Notes: a model not told the origin generated them from the letters alone. Shown: positions 1 through 10,484, numbered from the stretch's first letter. The stretch is DNA of 64,000 nucleotides from Candidatus Parcubacteria bacterium (GCA_026395685.1 JAPLYG010000009.1:81519-145518), one strand, 5' to 3'. Numbers and translations are program-made.

Positions 1-1194
1 TGTCCCTTCCCAATCTTTTTCATTTGCCTGATACTCAAAACTGCTGGCTGGCAAGGTAATCACGTTGTTCTGGCCATCCTGTCCACTTTCAGTGATGCCA
101 GAAATTACAGAGCGCTCTCCATTATCGCCTTCGCCATAGGTAAGGCTGTATTTTTTAACCCAAGTGCCGCTTACCTTGGCTTTTATTTCATATATACGGT
201 AACTGGTGGTAATTTCAAAGCCTGCATTATAAATCGGACTGATATCAGTTCTGCTTTCCCTTAAAAATTCTATTTCGAAAATACCATTATCAGTGTCATA
301 ACCTGTGTATTTAATTTTATCGGGATAAATTTGCCCACCGTCTTTGTAATATTCAAACTTAATAAAATTGCCGTTAGTATCAATAATTTTTTCAATCTGC
401 CATTTGTATATTTTAGTACTATCGTCAGGGTCATCCTGCCTGGAATTAGTAGTCAAGCCAAATTTATATTGCGTGCCAGTCTTATCGGTAACCAGCCAGG
501 AATCGTCATCCGAAAATTCATATTTGAGAAATTCTCCGTTATCTGTTTTTGAGCCGTATTCGCCGTAATCTCCGCTGATTAAATCAACCGGCATTAATTC
601 CCCGCTTAAAGACGAAGTGAAATAACTTTCCGTGTACAGATTATCTACACCTATTTTATTAACGCGCTTAATAAAAGGGATTGAGAGAGACCAGCCAAAC
701 CCTAGAATACTTTCATTTTCACTATTTTGGCTGTTATAAACCAATTTCAAGTCCGGCTGCATATTATTCCTTCCCGGCGGAACAACAAGCGGCAAGGTAT
801 AACTTAGAGCTCCTGTGCTGGGATCGGTATCAACATTTAATTTTTCAGCTCCGGGATTTTTAGGATCCATTAAATTCAAAGGGACTTCTTCTTCCGAAGT
901 TAAAGTCTCCATGGGCGGGTTCTCGGATTCGTCTTCCTGTTTGGCCTGATCGATTTCGCTTGAATTATCAGCAGGCTGAACAGTAGTATCTTCTGCGATT
1001 TGGGCTTCGGCTGCAGGCGCTGATATATCAGGCTCTGCTGATTCAGCGGAATCAGTCGGGGCTGAATCAACACTGACAGCTTCTTCTGCGGCCAAGACAA
1101 GTCCTGGCTGGGAAGTGAAAATAAACAAAAAAACCAGCAAAATCAATGCCAGCTTTGAAAAAAAACCACGCCTATTAAATTTGGTCCGGGTCAT
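1..1194 (-). CDS. SpvB/TcaC N-terminal domain protein, probably RHS/YD-repeat (runs off the window edge)
   Basis: Not in the ORF track because it is open at the edge. Manual translation from ATG 1194 gives signal peptide MTRTKFNRRGFFSKLALILLVFLFIFTSQPGLVLA, an acidic linker, then DPSTGALSYTLPLVVPPGRNNMQPDLKLVYNSQNSENESILGFGWSLSIPFIKR, the typical SpvB-domain start. Confidence 0.8.
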   Translation of the reverse strand, partial: MTRTKFNRRGFFSKLALILLVFLFIFTSQPGLVLAAEEAVSVDSAPTDSAESAEPDISAPAAEAQIAEDTTVQPADNSSEIDQAKQEDESENPPMETLTSEEEVPLNLMDPKNPGAEKLNVDTDPSTGALSYTLPLVVPPGRNNMQPDLKLVYNSQNSENESILGFGWSLSIPFIKRVNKIGVDNLYTESYFTSSLSGELMPVDLISGDYGEYGSKTDNGEFLKYEFSDDDSWLVTDKTGTQYKFGLTTNSRQDDPDDSTKIYKWQIEKIIDTNGNFIKFEYYKDGGQIYPDKIKYTGYDTDNGIFEIEFLRESRTDISPIYNAGFEITTSYRIYEIKAKVSGTWVKKYSLTYGEGDNGERSVISGITESGQDGQNNVITLPASSFEYQANEKDWEGT

Positions 1195-1268
1195 TTCTTA
1201 AAAAATGAATGATTAATTTACTGATTTAAGTATACCCTAACCTTCAGGCATCGTAAAGGCTTTAAAAA

Positions 1269-1353
1269 AAGGCTAAAGGCTAAAGACTAAAGGCTAAAGT
1301 ATGGTAATTATCAATCTTCCTAAATTTAGACCTTAGCCTTTATAATTTAGACT
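1269..1353. repeat. Heptamer tandem array with inverted counterpart
   Basis: (AGGCTAA)-like unit four times, followed by TTTAGAC/CTTAGCC/TTTATAA/TTTAGAC in the opposite orientation. Confidence 0.75.
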
Positions 1354-1416
1354 TAATAAAAAAACACCCGACGCCTTGCCGAGCATTTTTATATATAGAA
1401 ATTATAGATAAAAAAA

Positions 1417-1651
1417 CTATGCTTCCAGATGCAAATGTTCCAATACTTTTTTCATTGAGGCTTCCAAATGATCATGCTTGGAGCGCAAAGATGTAATCTC
1501 AATATCCAATTTCTGATGCAAACCAATAAAAGTATCAATATGGTTCATTAATTCATTCTTGGTCTCGCTTAACTTTTCTTCAAAATATTCCTTAGTTATC
1601 GCGTTTTCTTCAAAATATTGCCCAAACTATCAAAACCTTCAGTTTAGGCAT
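1417..1651 (-). pseudogene. Probable frameshifted small coiled-coil protein gene
   Basis: Open frame 1626-1417 reads FGQYFEENAITKEYFEEKLSETKNELMNHIDTFIGLHQKLDIEITSLRSKHDHLEASMKKVLEHLHLEA*. The upstream ATG at 1651 is in another frame; an in-frame ATG at 1548 would give 43 aa. Confidence 0.35.
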
Positions 1652-2239
1652 AGTCTTAATAATCCTTTCTAAAATAATTTCAAGGTACGGAAATTGCTTA
1701 ACCTTTTCCAATTCCTTAAATATTTTCCTATCACTCTCAGGTATTTCGTTAAGAGTTTTATATAAAGTAAGTTCGCCACTAACAGTATTAACTTTTCTAT
1801 ATATAGGGATTTCGTCGTAAGAATTATATATTACCTCTTGCTCCTGACCATTAACCTTGAAATACTCATAATATTTCTTATTATTACACTCACCCTCTTT
1901 ATTACCAGAACAACTAAAATTCATAGTTCCCTCGCTGTAATATACAACATACAAATCATCTCCTATGAATTTATAAAGTTTTCTATTGTTAACCACAGCC
2001 ACTCCACCGGCATATTTATCACTTATATAATATTTACCATCTAGATATGAAACGCTAACAACCCCTTTACAATCTATAAACTGGTATTCGTAATCAGCAG
2101 ATTGAGCATTTTTAATATCATTTTTTATTTCTGGACATTCACTTAATTTTTTCTCATCAATATATTCCGCTATTAGATATAACGATACAGGAATCATAAA
2201 TAATACCAGAATAACCTTAAAAGGGGTGTGTTTAGACAT
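1610..2239 (-). CDS. Hypothetical membrane-anchored protein
   Basis: 209-aa ORF with an N-terminal hydrophobic helix; very AT-rich. Confidence 0.6.
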   Translation of the reverse strand: MSKHTPFKVILVLFMIPVSLYLIAEYIDEKKLSECPEIKNDIKNAQSADYEYQFIDCKGVVSVSYLDGKYYISDKYAGGVAVVNNRKLYKFIGDDLYVVYYSEGTMNFSCSGNKEGECNNKKYYEYFKVNGQEQEVIYNSYDEIPIYRKVNTVSGELTLYKTLNEIPESDRKIFKELEKVKQFPYLEIILERIIKTMPKLKVLIVWAIF

Positions 2240-2295
2240 AAATTTAAAATAAAAAAATACCCATCTTTAACATTGCGTATTCAAATTCAAGGCAA

Positions 2296-2790
2296 TTATT
2301 TTAACAATTTACTTTTAATATTTTTCCTTAAAATCATTTCTTTCAATTCCTTCAAATCCTTACTGTCCATTTGGGGCTTAAAAAGAATATTAGCTACTAT
2401 TTTATCATGATAAATTATGAGCCAATCTTTTAATTCTTCAATTTTAAAAATATTATCCCATTTATAATTAGAATTAAAAGTTTCTCCGGATACAGATACC
2501 TGATCTTCAGTAAATTCATATCTAATTTGCTCCTGCAAGAACTTGTTGATTTTAAAAGTATTTTTAGATTGCCTTAAAACCGAGTAAGGGATAAGCACCA
2601 CAACTAACAACCCAAACATAATATTAAAAATGGGAAAATCGGAATAATTACCCAGAAAATATGGGACAGCGAAAATCAAATTTAGAATCGCTATCACCAT
2701 AATAAAAATCATCGCCGGTTTGCGAAAGACCTGAATAAACAATAATTTTCTATAATCCTCCAATCTTATTTTGATTATGAATTGAAGCAT
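2296..2790 (-). CDS. YcxB-like membrane protein
   Basis: Two TM helices followed by YEFTEDQVSVSGETFNSNYKWDNIFKIEELKDWLIIY, a YcxB-type C-terminal domain. Confidence 0.7.
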   Translation of the reverse strand: MLQFIIKIRLEDYRKLLFIQVFRKPAMIFIMVIAILNLIFAVPYFLGNYSDFPIFNIMFGLLVVVLIPYSVLRQSKNTFKINKFLQEQIRYEFTEDQVSVSGETFNSNYKWDNIFKIEELKDWLIIYHDKIVANILFKPQMDSKDLKELKEMILRKNIKSKLLK

Positions 2791-2803
2791 AATTTTATTA
2801 AAA

Positions 2804-3811
2804 CTAATTTGAGCTCAAAATTGAACGTTTATACGCTTCCAAATTTTCCAAGGCAATGCCTGTTCCCTTGGCCACGCAAAAAAGCGCGTCATCGGCAATA
2901 TAGGCCGGAACTCCGGTTGACTTGGAAATCAGCTGGTCAATATTGCGCAGTAAAGAAGTGCCGCCGCTCATAATAATACCCTTATCAATGACATCAGCTG
3001 CCAATTCAGGCGGAGTGTTATGTAAAACTTCCTTGATTGCGTCAACCATGCCTTCCAAAGAATTTTTAACCGCTTCCACCACATCATTGGTGTTCATCGT
3101 AATCGTGCGGGGCAATCCGGTAATCATATCCCGCCCCCTCACTTCCATGGTCAAAGGATCTTTCATGGGCAAAGCTGACCCGATATTAATCTTAATATCT
3201 TCCGCAGTCCTTTCACCAATCGCCAAATTATAATTTCGCCTGGTATATTCTAAAATTGACTGATCAAGCTTATTGCCGCCAATGCGAACAGATGCGCTGG
3301 CAACAATACCGCCCAGAGAAATAACAGCCACTTCTGTTGTGCCGCCGCCGCTGTCAATAATCATATTGCCTGAAGGACTGCCAATCGGCACCCCGGCGCC
3401 GATTGCCGCAACAATCGGTTCTTTGATAATATAGGCGGCTTTAGCGCCGGCAGCCATTGTAGCGTCTACCACAGCGCGCCTTTCCGTAGATGTAATTCCT
3501 GCAGGGACAGCCACCATTACTTCCGGCCTTAAAATTCTTAATCCGCCCAAAGATTTATTGATAAAATAACGCAGCATTGCTTCTGTTGTTTTATAATCGG
3601 CAATCACTCCGTCTTTCATAGGCCGGCGCGCAATAATAGTATCCGGAGTCTTGCCCAGCATTTCTTTGGCTTCAATGCCGACTGCCAGAATTTTTTTATC
3701 AGTTGTGGAAATTGCCACAACAGAAGGCTCGTTGATGACAACGCCTTTCTTGGGCAAATAAACCAAAATGTTGGTGGTGCCTAAATCAATTCCGATCTTT
3801 TTTCTAAACAT
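2804..3811 (-). CDS. mreB: Rod shape-determining protein MreB/Mbl
   Basis: IGIDLGTTN, EPSVVA, RPMKDGVIAD, DSGGGTTEVAVISLGG and SGGTSLL actin-like motifs. Confidence 0.97.
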   Translation of the reverse strand: MFRKKIGIDLGTTNILVYLPKKGVVINEPSVVAISTTDKKILAVGIEAKEMLGKTPDTIIARRPMKDGVIADYKTTEAMLRYFINKSLGGLRILRPEVMVAVPAGITSTERRAVVDATMAAGAKAAYIIKEPIVAAIGAGVPIGSPSGNMIIDSGGGTTEVAVISLGGIVASASVRIGGNKLDQSILEYTRRNYNLAIGERTAEDIKINIGSALPMKDPLTMEVRGRDMITGLPRTITMNTNDVVEAVKNSLEGMVDAIKEVLHNTPPELAADVIDKGIIMSGGTSLLRNIDQLISKSTGVPAYIADDALFCVAKGTGIALENLEAYKRSILSSN

Positions 3812-3819
3812 ATGCTAAA

Positions 3820-3935
3820 AGGATTAATAGGAAGAAAAGGAAAAAATGAACAAATGATTATAGGATTAAATGATAAAAGGAAAACTTCTCCTCTTATCCT
3901 ATTCTTCCTATTCTTCTTCTATTTCAATATCCTAT
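3820..3935. repeat. Degenerate ~9-nt periodic array with inverted counterpart
   Basis: Purine-rich units (ATAGGAAGA, AAAGGAAAA) followed by complementary TCCTATTCT units fill the spacer. Confidence 0.55.
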
Positions 3936-5996
3936 TTAAAATTTAACTTCAAAAACCTTATCGCCATCCAGAACAATTTCATTATTATAATTGGTGTTAA
4001 ACCACTCATTTTCCGGCTCTGCAGGCACTGCTGATTTAATATTTTTACCAAATTTTAGGTCCAAAGTCAAATCAGGCAAAACACCCGGCTGCTTCTGAAC
4101 CAGCAGATTATAGGTGTTGGCGCGTATTTGTTCTTTAATCCTGGCAGGCAGCTTATATTCAAAGGTCAAAGTGCCTGTTTCATGCGGTTCAATGGAAATA
4201 AAAGCGCCAAAAAAAGCTTTATTAAATTCACTACCCGCTTCCACCTGGCCAGCCTGGCCCAAAGGATCTTTGATTTTGTCATTTTCCATCGCACCGCTTG
4301 AACTGACCAATTCACTGCCTGAGGGCACATAAACTCTGGTATATGTTCTTAACCTTGTAGACTTCCAGGTAAAATCCGCATTATTCTGATAAACAATTTC
4401 AGCTTTTGCGATTAAATCGCCATTGCGCTGAGCCAAAGAATATTTTATCGTGCGTTTAACAAACTGATCTGTTTTCAAGGCTGCCATATTACTGTCAACG
4501 ACAAATAAGTAGTCGCCTTCAGTCTGTTTAACATCCCCTGCCCAACCGCGAGCTAAAACCATTTTTTGAATTTCAGGATCTTTCACATAAATTAAAATCT
4601 GCTTTTGATTCATGAATTCAAAGGCCACATCCAGCAAATCCGGCACCTGGCTCATGGGCACAGTCATAAGCTTAACTTTAATCTGGTCAGCCAGTTCTTT
4701 GATAATCCCTTTTCTTTGAGAAATCGGAATATCTAATTCCTGATAAAGCTTGCCGACCATTAATTCCAGCTGTTCCTGGTAATTGCTGTCAGTAAAGACC
4801 ATATTGCCGGCAACAACCGGACCTGTTATTTTTAAAAGTCCGCCTAAAATCTCCGGGGTCATGGCAATGACGCCTGATAAATTTTCCTCATAGGGTAAAA
4901 CATCCTTTATTTCCACGCCCTTTTCACCGATAATTTTTTTGCCCTGTTTTTTCAGCTCAATAATCAGCTTATTTTCCTTATCATACATTTCCAGAGATTT
5001 TAAAGCAGTGGTCGGAAAATCAGGCGCCCAATTTATATCGCGCATAGACCAGTCTTTTTGTTCCAAATATTTGGCGATCTGCCAGGGAGTCGGCTCTTTG
5101 AGTATGGCCTGAGTTGAACGGTCAAGGTTATAGATATTATCAGTATCAAAACTGATTAAATCGCCGTCCTTTAACTTTAAAATGCCGTAAGTGCCGATGA
5201 ATCCGCCGGTCGGCCTTAACTCGGAATTATTCTGAAGTAAAAATAAATATGATTTTGTTTCGTCAAAGCCGGCAATTTTGGGAATTATTCGCAATAAAGG
5301 CAAAGCATTGTCAATCATCATTTTTGCTTTTGGCAAATTATCTCTTATGGGCTCGAATTTTTCCCGCAAAGGGCCCACCAGCTTATCTGACGGAATTTCA
5401 GCAATGGCCTTATCCGCCTCATCAATTCGGTCCTGCAGCTCATACAACATATCTTCCGAAGCAACTATTTTTTCTAAAATCTGACGTTTTTGCTGGGCGG
5501 AAAGATTTTCATAAGTGATGGATTCATTTTTCAATGGTGCCGTAATATCCTCAATCAGCAAAACAACCTTTTCACCGCTATCAGTCAAATTTATTCCTGC
5601 GATTAATAATTCATCAACGGCCTTAAATTGAATTTCAAAATACGGCAGATTCTTTATTATTTTAACTTTATCCAATAAACCCCGGGCGTCCGCCAATTTG
5701 CCATGAGCAGTATTAATTAATTTGGCGCCGGATTTAAAATCACGGTTAATAATCACGTGCAAAGACTGCTCCAGATCATCTTTGGCGGATAAAGACAAAT
5801 TATATGCCTGTTTAATATTGTTATAATAGACTAATCCTAAAACGCCCAAACCGATTATTGCCAAAATAATCAACACAATCAAAATCTTAAGGCCAAAAAA
5901 TAAAGCCTTTTTGTATTTTGAATTTTTAGGAGTTTCCTTAATCTGGGTAAAATCAGGAGAATTTAAACCTACTAAATTGTTGTTTGAGTCTGACAT
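3936..5996 (-). CDS. DUF4012-domain membrane-anchored protein
   Basis: N-terminal TM helix; YLFLLQNNSELRPTGGFIGTYG, RDINWAPDFPT and LLVQKQPG motifs. Confidence 0.88.
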   Translation of the reverse strand: MSDSNNNLVGLNSPDFTQIKETPKNSKYKKALFFGLKILIVLIILAIIGLGVLGLVYYNNIKQAYNLSLSAKDDLEQSLHVIINRDFKSGAKLINTAHGKLADARGLLDKVKIIKNLPYFEIQFKAVDELLIAGINLTDSGEKVVLLIEDITAPLKNESITYENLSAQQKRQILEKIVASEDMLYELQDRIDEADKAIAEIPSDKLVGPLREKFEPIRDNLPKAKMMIDNALPLLRIIPKIAGFDETKSYLFLLQNNSELRPTGGFIGTYGILKLKDGDLISFDTDNIYNLDRSTQAILKEPTPWQIAKYLEQKDWSMRDINWAPDFPTTALKSLEMYDKENKLIIELKKQGKKIIGEKGVEIKDVLPYEENLSGVIAMTPEILGGLLKITGPVVAGNMVFTDSNYQEQLELMVGKLYQELDIPISQRKGIIKELADQIKVKLMTVPMSQVPDLLDVAFEFMNQKQILIYVKDPEIQKMVLARGWAGDVKQTEGDYLFVVDSNMAALKTDQFVKRTIKYSLAQRNGDLIAKAEIVYQNNADFTWKSTRLRTYTRVYVPSGSELVSSSGAMENDKIKDPLGQAGQVEAGSEFNKAFFGAFISIEPHETGTLTFEYKLPARIKEQIRANTYNLLVQKQPGVLPDLTLDLKFGKNIKSAVPAEPENEWFNTNYNNEIVLDGDKVFEVKF

Positions 5997-6790
5997 GTTT
6001 TTGAGCTGCCTAAATATTTAAAAATATACTTTATCCAGGAAGCAATATGCCATCTGGTTGTTTTATCCAGTTTCCAAAAATTCCAAGATCCGTGATCCGA
6101 AGCTTTTTCCAGCAGATGAATCATTTCCGCTTCACCGAGAAAATAAACTTTGTACTTCGCGTCCCAAAATCTTCGGCACCAGTCAATATCTTCCACATAC
6201 ATAAAATAACGTTCGTCAAAAAGGCCTATTTTATCAACCGCTGATTTCCTGGCTAATAAACAAGCGCCGTGCAAGCAGTCCACCGCCCTATTTGATAAAC
6301 GGTCAAAATCCGCCATTAAATGCTTATCTAAAATGCTCTTGGCAAAAGAAAATTTACCTAAAGGAGTTCTTAACAAAATAATATGCCTGGTTTCAATAAA
6401 AGTACGGCAAGATATTTGAAATGTCCCGTTCGGGTTAATTAATCTTGGGCCCGCTAAACCGACGTCGGGATTTGCCTCCATAAACCTAACCATTTTTTCA
6501 ATTGCATTGCTTAACACTGTGATATCCGGATTTAAAATCATTATATACTTGCCTTGCGCCTGTTTGATTCCGGAGTTATTGCCGGCCGCAAAGCCTAAAT
6601 TCTTTCCTGACTGTATAAATTTAACATCGGGAAAATTTTCTGAAATCATTTGCTCACAGCCGTCACCGGAACCGTTGTCAACCACAATAATTTCATAATT
6701 CAAACCAGCAGTGTTTTCTTTAATATTTTTGATACACTGTTTAGTCAGCCCCCTGGTTTTGTAATTTAAAATTATTATTGATAAATCCAT
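5972..6790 (-). CDS. Glycosyltransferase family 2
   Basis: IIVVDNGSGD, NLGFAAGNN, ILNPD and FDERYFMYVEDIDWC motifs. Confidence 0.93.
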   Translation of the reverse strand: MDLSIIILNYKTRGLTKQCIKNIKENTAGLNYEIIVVDNGSGDGCEQMISENFPDVKFIQSGKNLGFAAGNNSGIKQAQGKYIMILNPDITVLSNAIEKMVRFMEANPDVGLAGPRLINPNGTFQISCRTFIETRHIILLRTPLGKFSFAKSILDKHLMADFDRLSNRAVDCLHGACLLARKSAVDKIGLFDERYFMYVEDIDWCRRFWDAKYKVYFLGEAEMIHLLEKASDHGSWNFWKLDKTTRWHIASWIKYIFKYLGSSKTCQTQTTI

Positions 6791-6882
6791 ATGTTACTAA
6801 TATACTAATCAAAGACTAATCAGCTAATTAGTTCAGAATATTACGAATTAGTAGATTAGTAACCAATTCGTAAATTAGTATC

Positions 6883-7911
6883 TTAATTAAACCATTTTCT
6901 CATTTCATCGTCTTTGATCAGCCGGCGCGACATAATCAGCTGATGCTTGATTTTCATACGTTTAAATTTTTTAAAAATTTCCTGCCAAGCCCTGAGAGTT
7001 GAAAATTCAAAAATTAATATATATAAAAATTTCTTAAGTTCATAAAATACAATGTAAATTCCATAGCGCCAGAAATTGCGAGGGCTTAAATTTTTCAGCA
7101 AAATAAAAATATGATTTTTATAGGAATGAAATTTAATAAATTTCGATTTATTTTTTCTCTGCTTAATCACATAAAGGTTGCCGCCCTGGTCAAGATTTTT
7201 TACGCCGCGCTCATGAAAAGCAATTGCTTCAGGCAAATAATAGCTTTTCCAGCCCCGCCACTGCAAACGATAAGCCAGGTCAATATCTTCCTTATAGCTG
7301 AAAAAATCATTATCAAAAAACTCATCTTCAAAGCGCACATCTTCCAAAGCTTTCCGGCAATAAAGAGGACAACTGGCGCAAGGTCCGAAAATTTCAGTAA
7401 CATTTTCCGATGAGGCATTATCATTCTCACCCGCCAGACGGTCAACTACCTTATGGCTTTTAAAAATTTTTATTCCTAATGAGTCAATAATATCAGATTT
7501 AAGGCTTTTTTCCCAGCCCTCATTCTGGTCAAATTGCCAGCGCAGAATCTTGCCGGAAATTGAACCGGCATTATGATGATCTTCTAAAAACCTTACTGCT
7601 TTTTCTAAAAAATTAGGCTCTAAAATGACATCCTGGTTTAAAACTAAAACATAATCAGAATCAGTCCATAAAATCGCCTGATTATGTGCAAAGGCAAATC
7701 CTAAATTATTCTTATTTTTTACCAATTTAATCTTCTGGCTAAAAGCCGGCAAAAACTGCTCTTCTATGATTTTAACTGTCTGATCAACTGAACCATTATC
7801 AATTATCAATAATAAATAATCGGAAAAGGTTTGTTTCAAAATAGCATTCAGACAGTTTTCAATAAATTTTTCGCCGTTCCAGGTGACTAAATTGATAGCG
7901 ACTTTAGGCAT
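6883..7911 (-). CDS. Glycosyltransferase family 2
   Basis: IIDNGSVD, NLGFAFAHN, VLNQD and FDNDFFSYKEDIDLAYR motifs. Confidence 0.93.
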   Translation of the reverse strand: MPKVAINLVTWNGEKFIENCLNAILKQTFSDYLLLIIDNGSVDQTVKIIEEQFLPAFSQKIKLVKNKNNLGFAFAHNQAILWTDSDYVLVLNQDVILEPNFLEKAVRFLEDHHNAGSISGKILRWQFDQNEGWEKSLKSDIIDSLGIKIFKSHKVVDRLAGENDNASSENVTEIFGPCASCPLYCRKALEDVRFEDEFFDNDFFSYKEDIDLAYRLQWRGWKSYYLPEAIAFHERGVKNLDQGGNLYVIKQRKNKSKFIKFHSYKNHIFILLKNLSPRNFWRYGIYIVFYELKKFLYILIFEFSTLRAWQEIFKKFKRMKIKHQLIMSRRLIKDDEMRKWFN

Positions 7912-7948
7912 TTTCCAAAATTTAAAATTTTAAATTAAAAATTAAAAA

Positions 7949-9454
7949 TTATTTTCGGGCTTTGGGGGTGACAAAAAATCCCAAATATTTTCCCAGCATT
8001 AATCGTGTCTGCGCTTCAGCCGCAGGAATAGCGCCAAAAATAATAATATTGATAGGCAACAATGCCCATTGCAAAAGCATAACCAGCCATTTATATTTCG
8101 GCTGATGAACCGGTCTTGCCGGTAAAAGACGAATGCTTAAAATAGCTGAAACTATTATTCCGACCATGCCGATACTCATGATCCATTCTAAAACAAAAGG
8201 CGCGTTTTGAGCCAAGACAGTAGCTTTAACCTGCGGACCGGCAACGTATAAAGGTAAACGCCCTAAAATAAAAAGCAGAATCGGAGCGGTCGCCCAGGAA
8301 TACATGCCTTCAGACAAATTCCAAATATATTTTATTCTTACCTTAAACGGTATCAAATCCTTTTTTTTGCCAAAATGATAAAGCATATACGGCAAATGTT
8401 CTACTCCCCAACCCCAACGGCGTTGCTGCTTATACAAACTTATAAAGCCGTTCCACATCGACGTATCAGCAATTACCGTATCCATAGAAACCGGAATATA
8501 CATAGGCGTCACTTCATAATCGCCGTTATAATGGATAAAACATTGCAAGAAAATGCGCGAGTCATCAGTCACAATATCCTTTTCCCAAAAACCGACATCC
8601 ACTAAGGCTTTGAAACTCATGGCATGCGAGGAAAAAGTATAAAGACGATCCGGCCGCATTAATTCTGCGAGCAACCAAAAAACCGTAGAAAAAGCTGTAA
8701 TTCTCATCGGCGCCGGCGCATCCCAAATATTATTATTATATAAAACAGCAGGCTGGAATGATGAACGGGTGGGATTGGGATGAGTAATATAAAGATAAGT
8801 CAGATAATCCAAATATTTCTTATGTACATAAGTATCACAATCAAAATAAGAGACAATTACTTTTTCATAAGGAATGCCCAGCTGGTCAATCAATTCCTTA
8901 CATTTCCAGCCAACCCAATTAGCATTCGCGGCCTTGGCTTTTATCTCCCCTTCCATGCCGTCGGGATGAACTGTCGTAAGCAATTTAAAAAACTTGCCCT
9001 CAAAATTCTTCCTGATTTTTGGTTCAACTTCATCATAGACATCTTTTTTGCGTTCTTCCCAGGTAATAGCCACAATTACTTTTTCCGAGGGGTAACCGCA
9101 CTCTAAAATTCCTTTCAAGGATGTTTCTAAAACTTCATATGGCTCAGAATAGGTCGGTAAAATAAAAAGATGAAAATATTCCTGCCAATTGGGCAATGCT
9201 TCCCTTTTGGATTTCCATTCTACTTTAATTGCCTTATTAAAAACATAGGCTGAATAAATTGAATAGAAAATAAAATAGAAGATCCTCAAAACCCAGTATA
9301 ATGAGAAAAGAATAATAAAATAGATAACCCACATCGGCTGAATAAAAGACAAACTAATCGAAATAATAAAAGTAGCCCAGATCATTAAACCCGGAATATA
9401 TTCTAAACGTCTGTATTTTTTTCGTTCCTCTGGGGAAAATTTATCTAAATGCAT
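7949..9454 (-). CDS. Membrane-embedded processive GT2-like glycosyltransferase
   Basis: Flanking TM helices, DCD, TDD and a QQRRW (QxxRW) motif. Confidence 0.85.
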   Translation of the reverse strand: MHLDKFSPEERKKYRRLEYIPGLMIWATFIISISLSFIQPMWVIYFIILFSLYWVLRIFYFIFYSIYSAYVFNKAIKVEWKSKREALPNWQEYFHLFILPTYSEPYEVLETSLKGILECGYPSEKVIVAITWEERKKDVYDEVEPKIRKNFEGKFFKLLTTVHPDGMEGEIKAKAANANWVGWKCKELIDQLGIPYEKVIVSYFDCDTYVHKKYLDYLTYLYITHPNPTRSSFQPAVLYNNNIWDAPAPMRITAFSTVFWLLAELMRPDRLYTFSSHAMSFKALVDVGFWEKDIVTDDSRIFLQCFIHYNGDYEVTPMYIPVSMDTVIADTSMWNGFISLYKQQRRWGWGVEHLPYMLYHFGKKKDLIPFKVRIKYIWNLSEGMYSWATAPILLFILGRLPLYVAGPQVKATVLAQNAPFVLEWIMSIGMVGIIVSAILSIRLLPARPVHQPKYKWLVMLLQWALLPINIIIFGAIPAAEAQTRLMLGKYLGFFVTPKARK

Positions 9455-9714
9455 GTTGTTACTAATTTACTAATCAGCTACTAATATAAAAATCAGACAC
9501 CTATTTACACATTAGTAGCCCTAATGAAAAAACGCCCGATGATTGGCCGTTAATTTTTAATAAAATCCTGGCTTTTTCGCTCAAAATTATTGGAATAATA
9601 CTGTATTCAAAATACCATTTTGAGGATAATAAATCAAGCCAAGATAGCTTTTTTTTTGCTAATCTTAAACTTTCTTGCTACAATTTAAGCAAATAAAAAA
9701 TAATCCCCCACACT

Positions 9715-10371
9715 ATGAACAATATAAATGAAATTAAAATTGAACAAACAGAGGAAATTAAGATTGATATTCAGGATAAATTTGAGATGATCGCCGGCAT
9801 TATCCTTGCGATCTTTACCGCCATTTTAGCTATTGCGGGTTTAGCAGGAGACTCTTATAGCCAAAGCATCTTACTTGCCAACACTGAAAAGGCTGATGCT
9901 TATGACTGGTATAATACCAAGGGTATTAAACAAACAGTGACTGAAGGACAAAAAGATGTACTAGACAGCTTAATTGCCACCGGGGTGGTCAAAGCCGAAT
10001 CGAAAAAAGAAGTGGAAGCATATTTAAATAAGCTGCAGGATAAAATTAACAAATATTCTGCGGAAAAAAATGAAATTCTAATCGGTTCTAATGCCCTGGA
10101 CAAAACTCAATGGGTGCAGGATGTTGATGGAGAACTTGGAAAAGTAACGGGCGCCAAAGAATTAGAAGCAGAAATTGCCGGTCAGGAAGCTGCCGGCGCT
10201 AAAATGGATTTGGCAAATTTATTTCTGCAAATCTGTCTGGTCATGGGCGCAATCAGCCTGGTCATGCAACAGCCAAAATCAAAATGGATATTTTTAAGCC
10301 TGGCAATACTAATTGGTTTAATCGGGACAATGTTTACCATCTGGGGACTGCTCCTTGTCTGGCCGTTTTGA
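9715..10371 (+). CDS. DUF4337-like membrane protein
   Basis: TM helix, KADAYDWYNTKGIKQ, coiled coil, then two C-terminal TM helices with LQICLVMGAISL. Confidence 0.75.
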   Translation: MNNINEIKIEQTEEIKIDIQDKFEMIAGIILAIFTAILAIAGLAGDSYSQSILLANTEKADAYDWYNTKGIKQTVTEGQKDVLDSLIATGVVKAESKKEVEAYLNKLQDKINKYSAEKNEILIGSNALDKTQWVQDVDGELGKVTGAKELEAEIAGQEAAGAKMDLANLFLQICLVMGAISLVMQQPKSKWIFLSLAILIGLIGTMFTIWGLLLVWPF

Positions 10372-10444
10372 TGGGGTGATTTAATAGGAATGCTCTGAGC
10401 CACAGATTATTTTCACAGATAATACTGATTCTAAAAAATAAAAA

Positions 10445-10475
10445 TAAAAATCCCCCGCGACGCGTGGGGATTTTT
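10445..10475. terminator. Bidirectional intrinsic terminator
   Basis: AAAAATCCCC-cgcgacgcgt-GGGGATTTTT between convergent genes. Confidence 0.8.
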
Positions 10476-10484
10476 GTTTACCAT

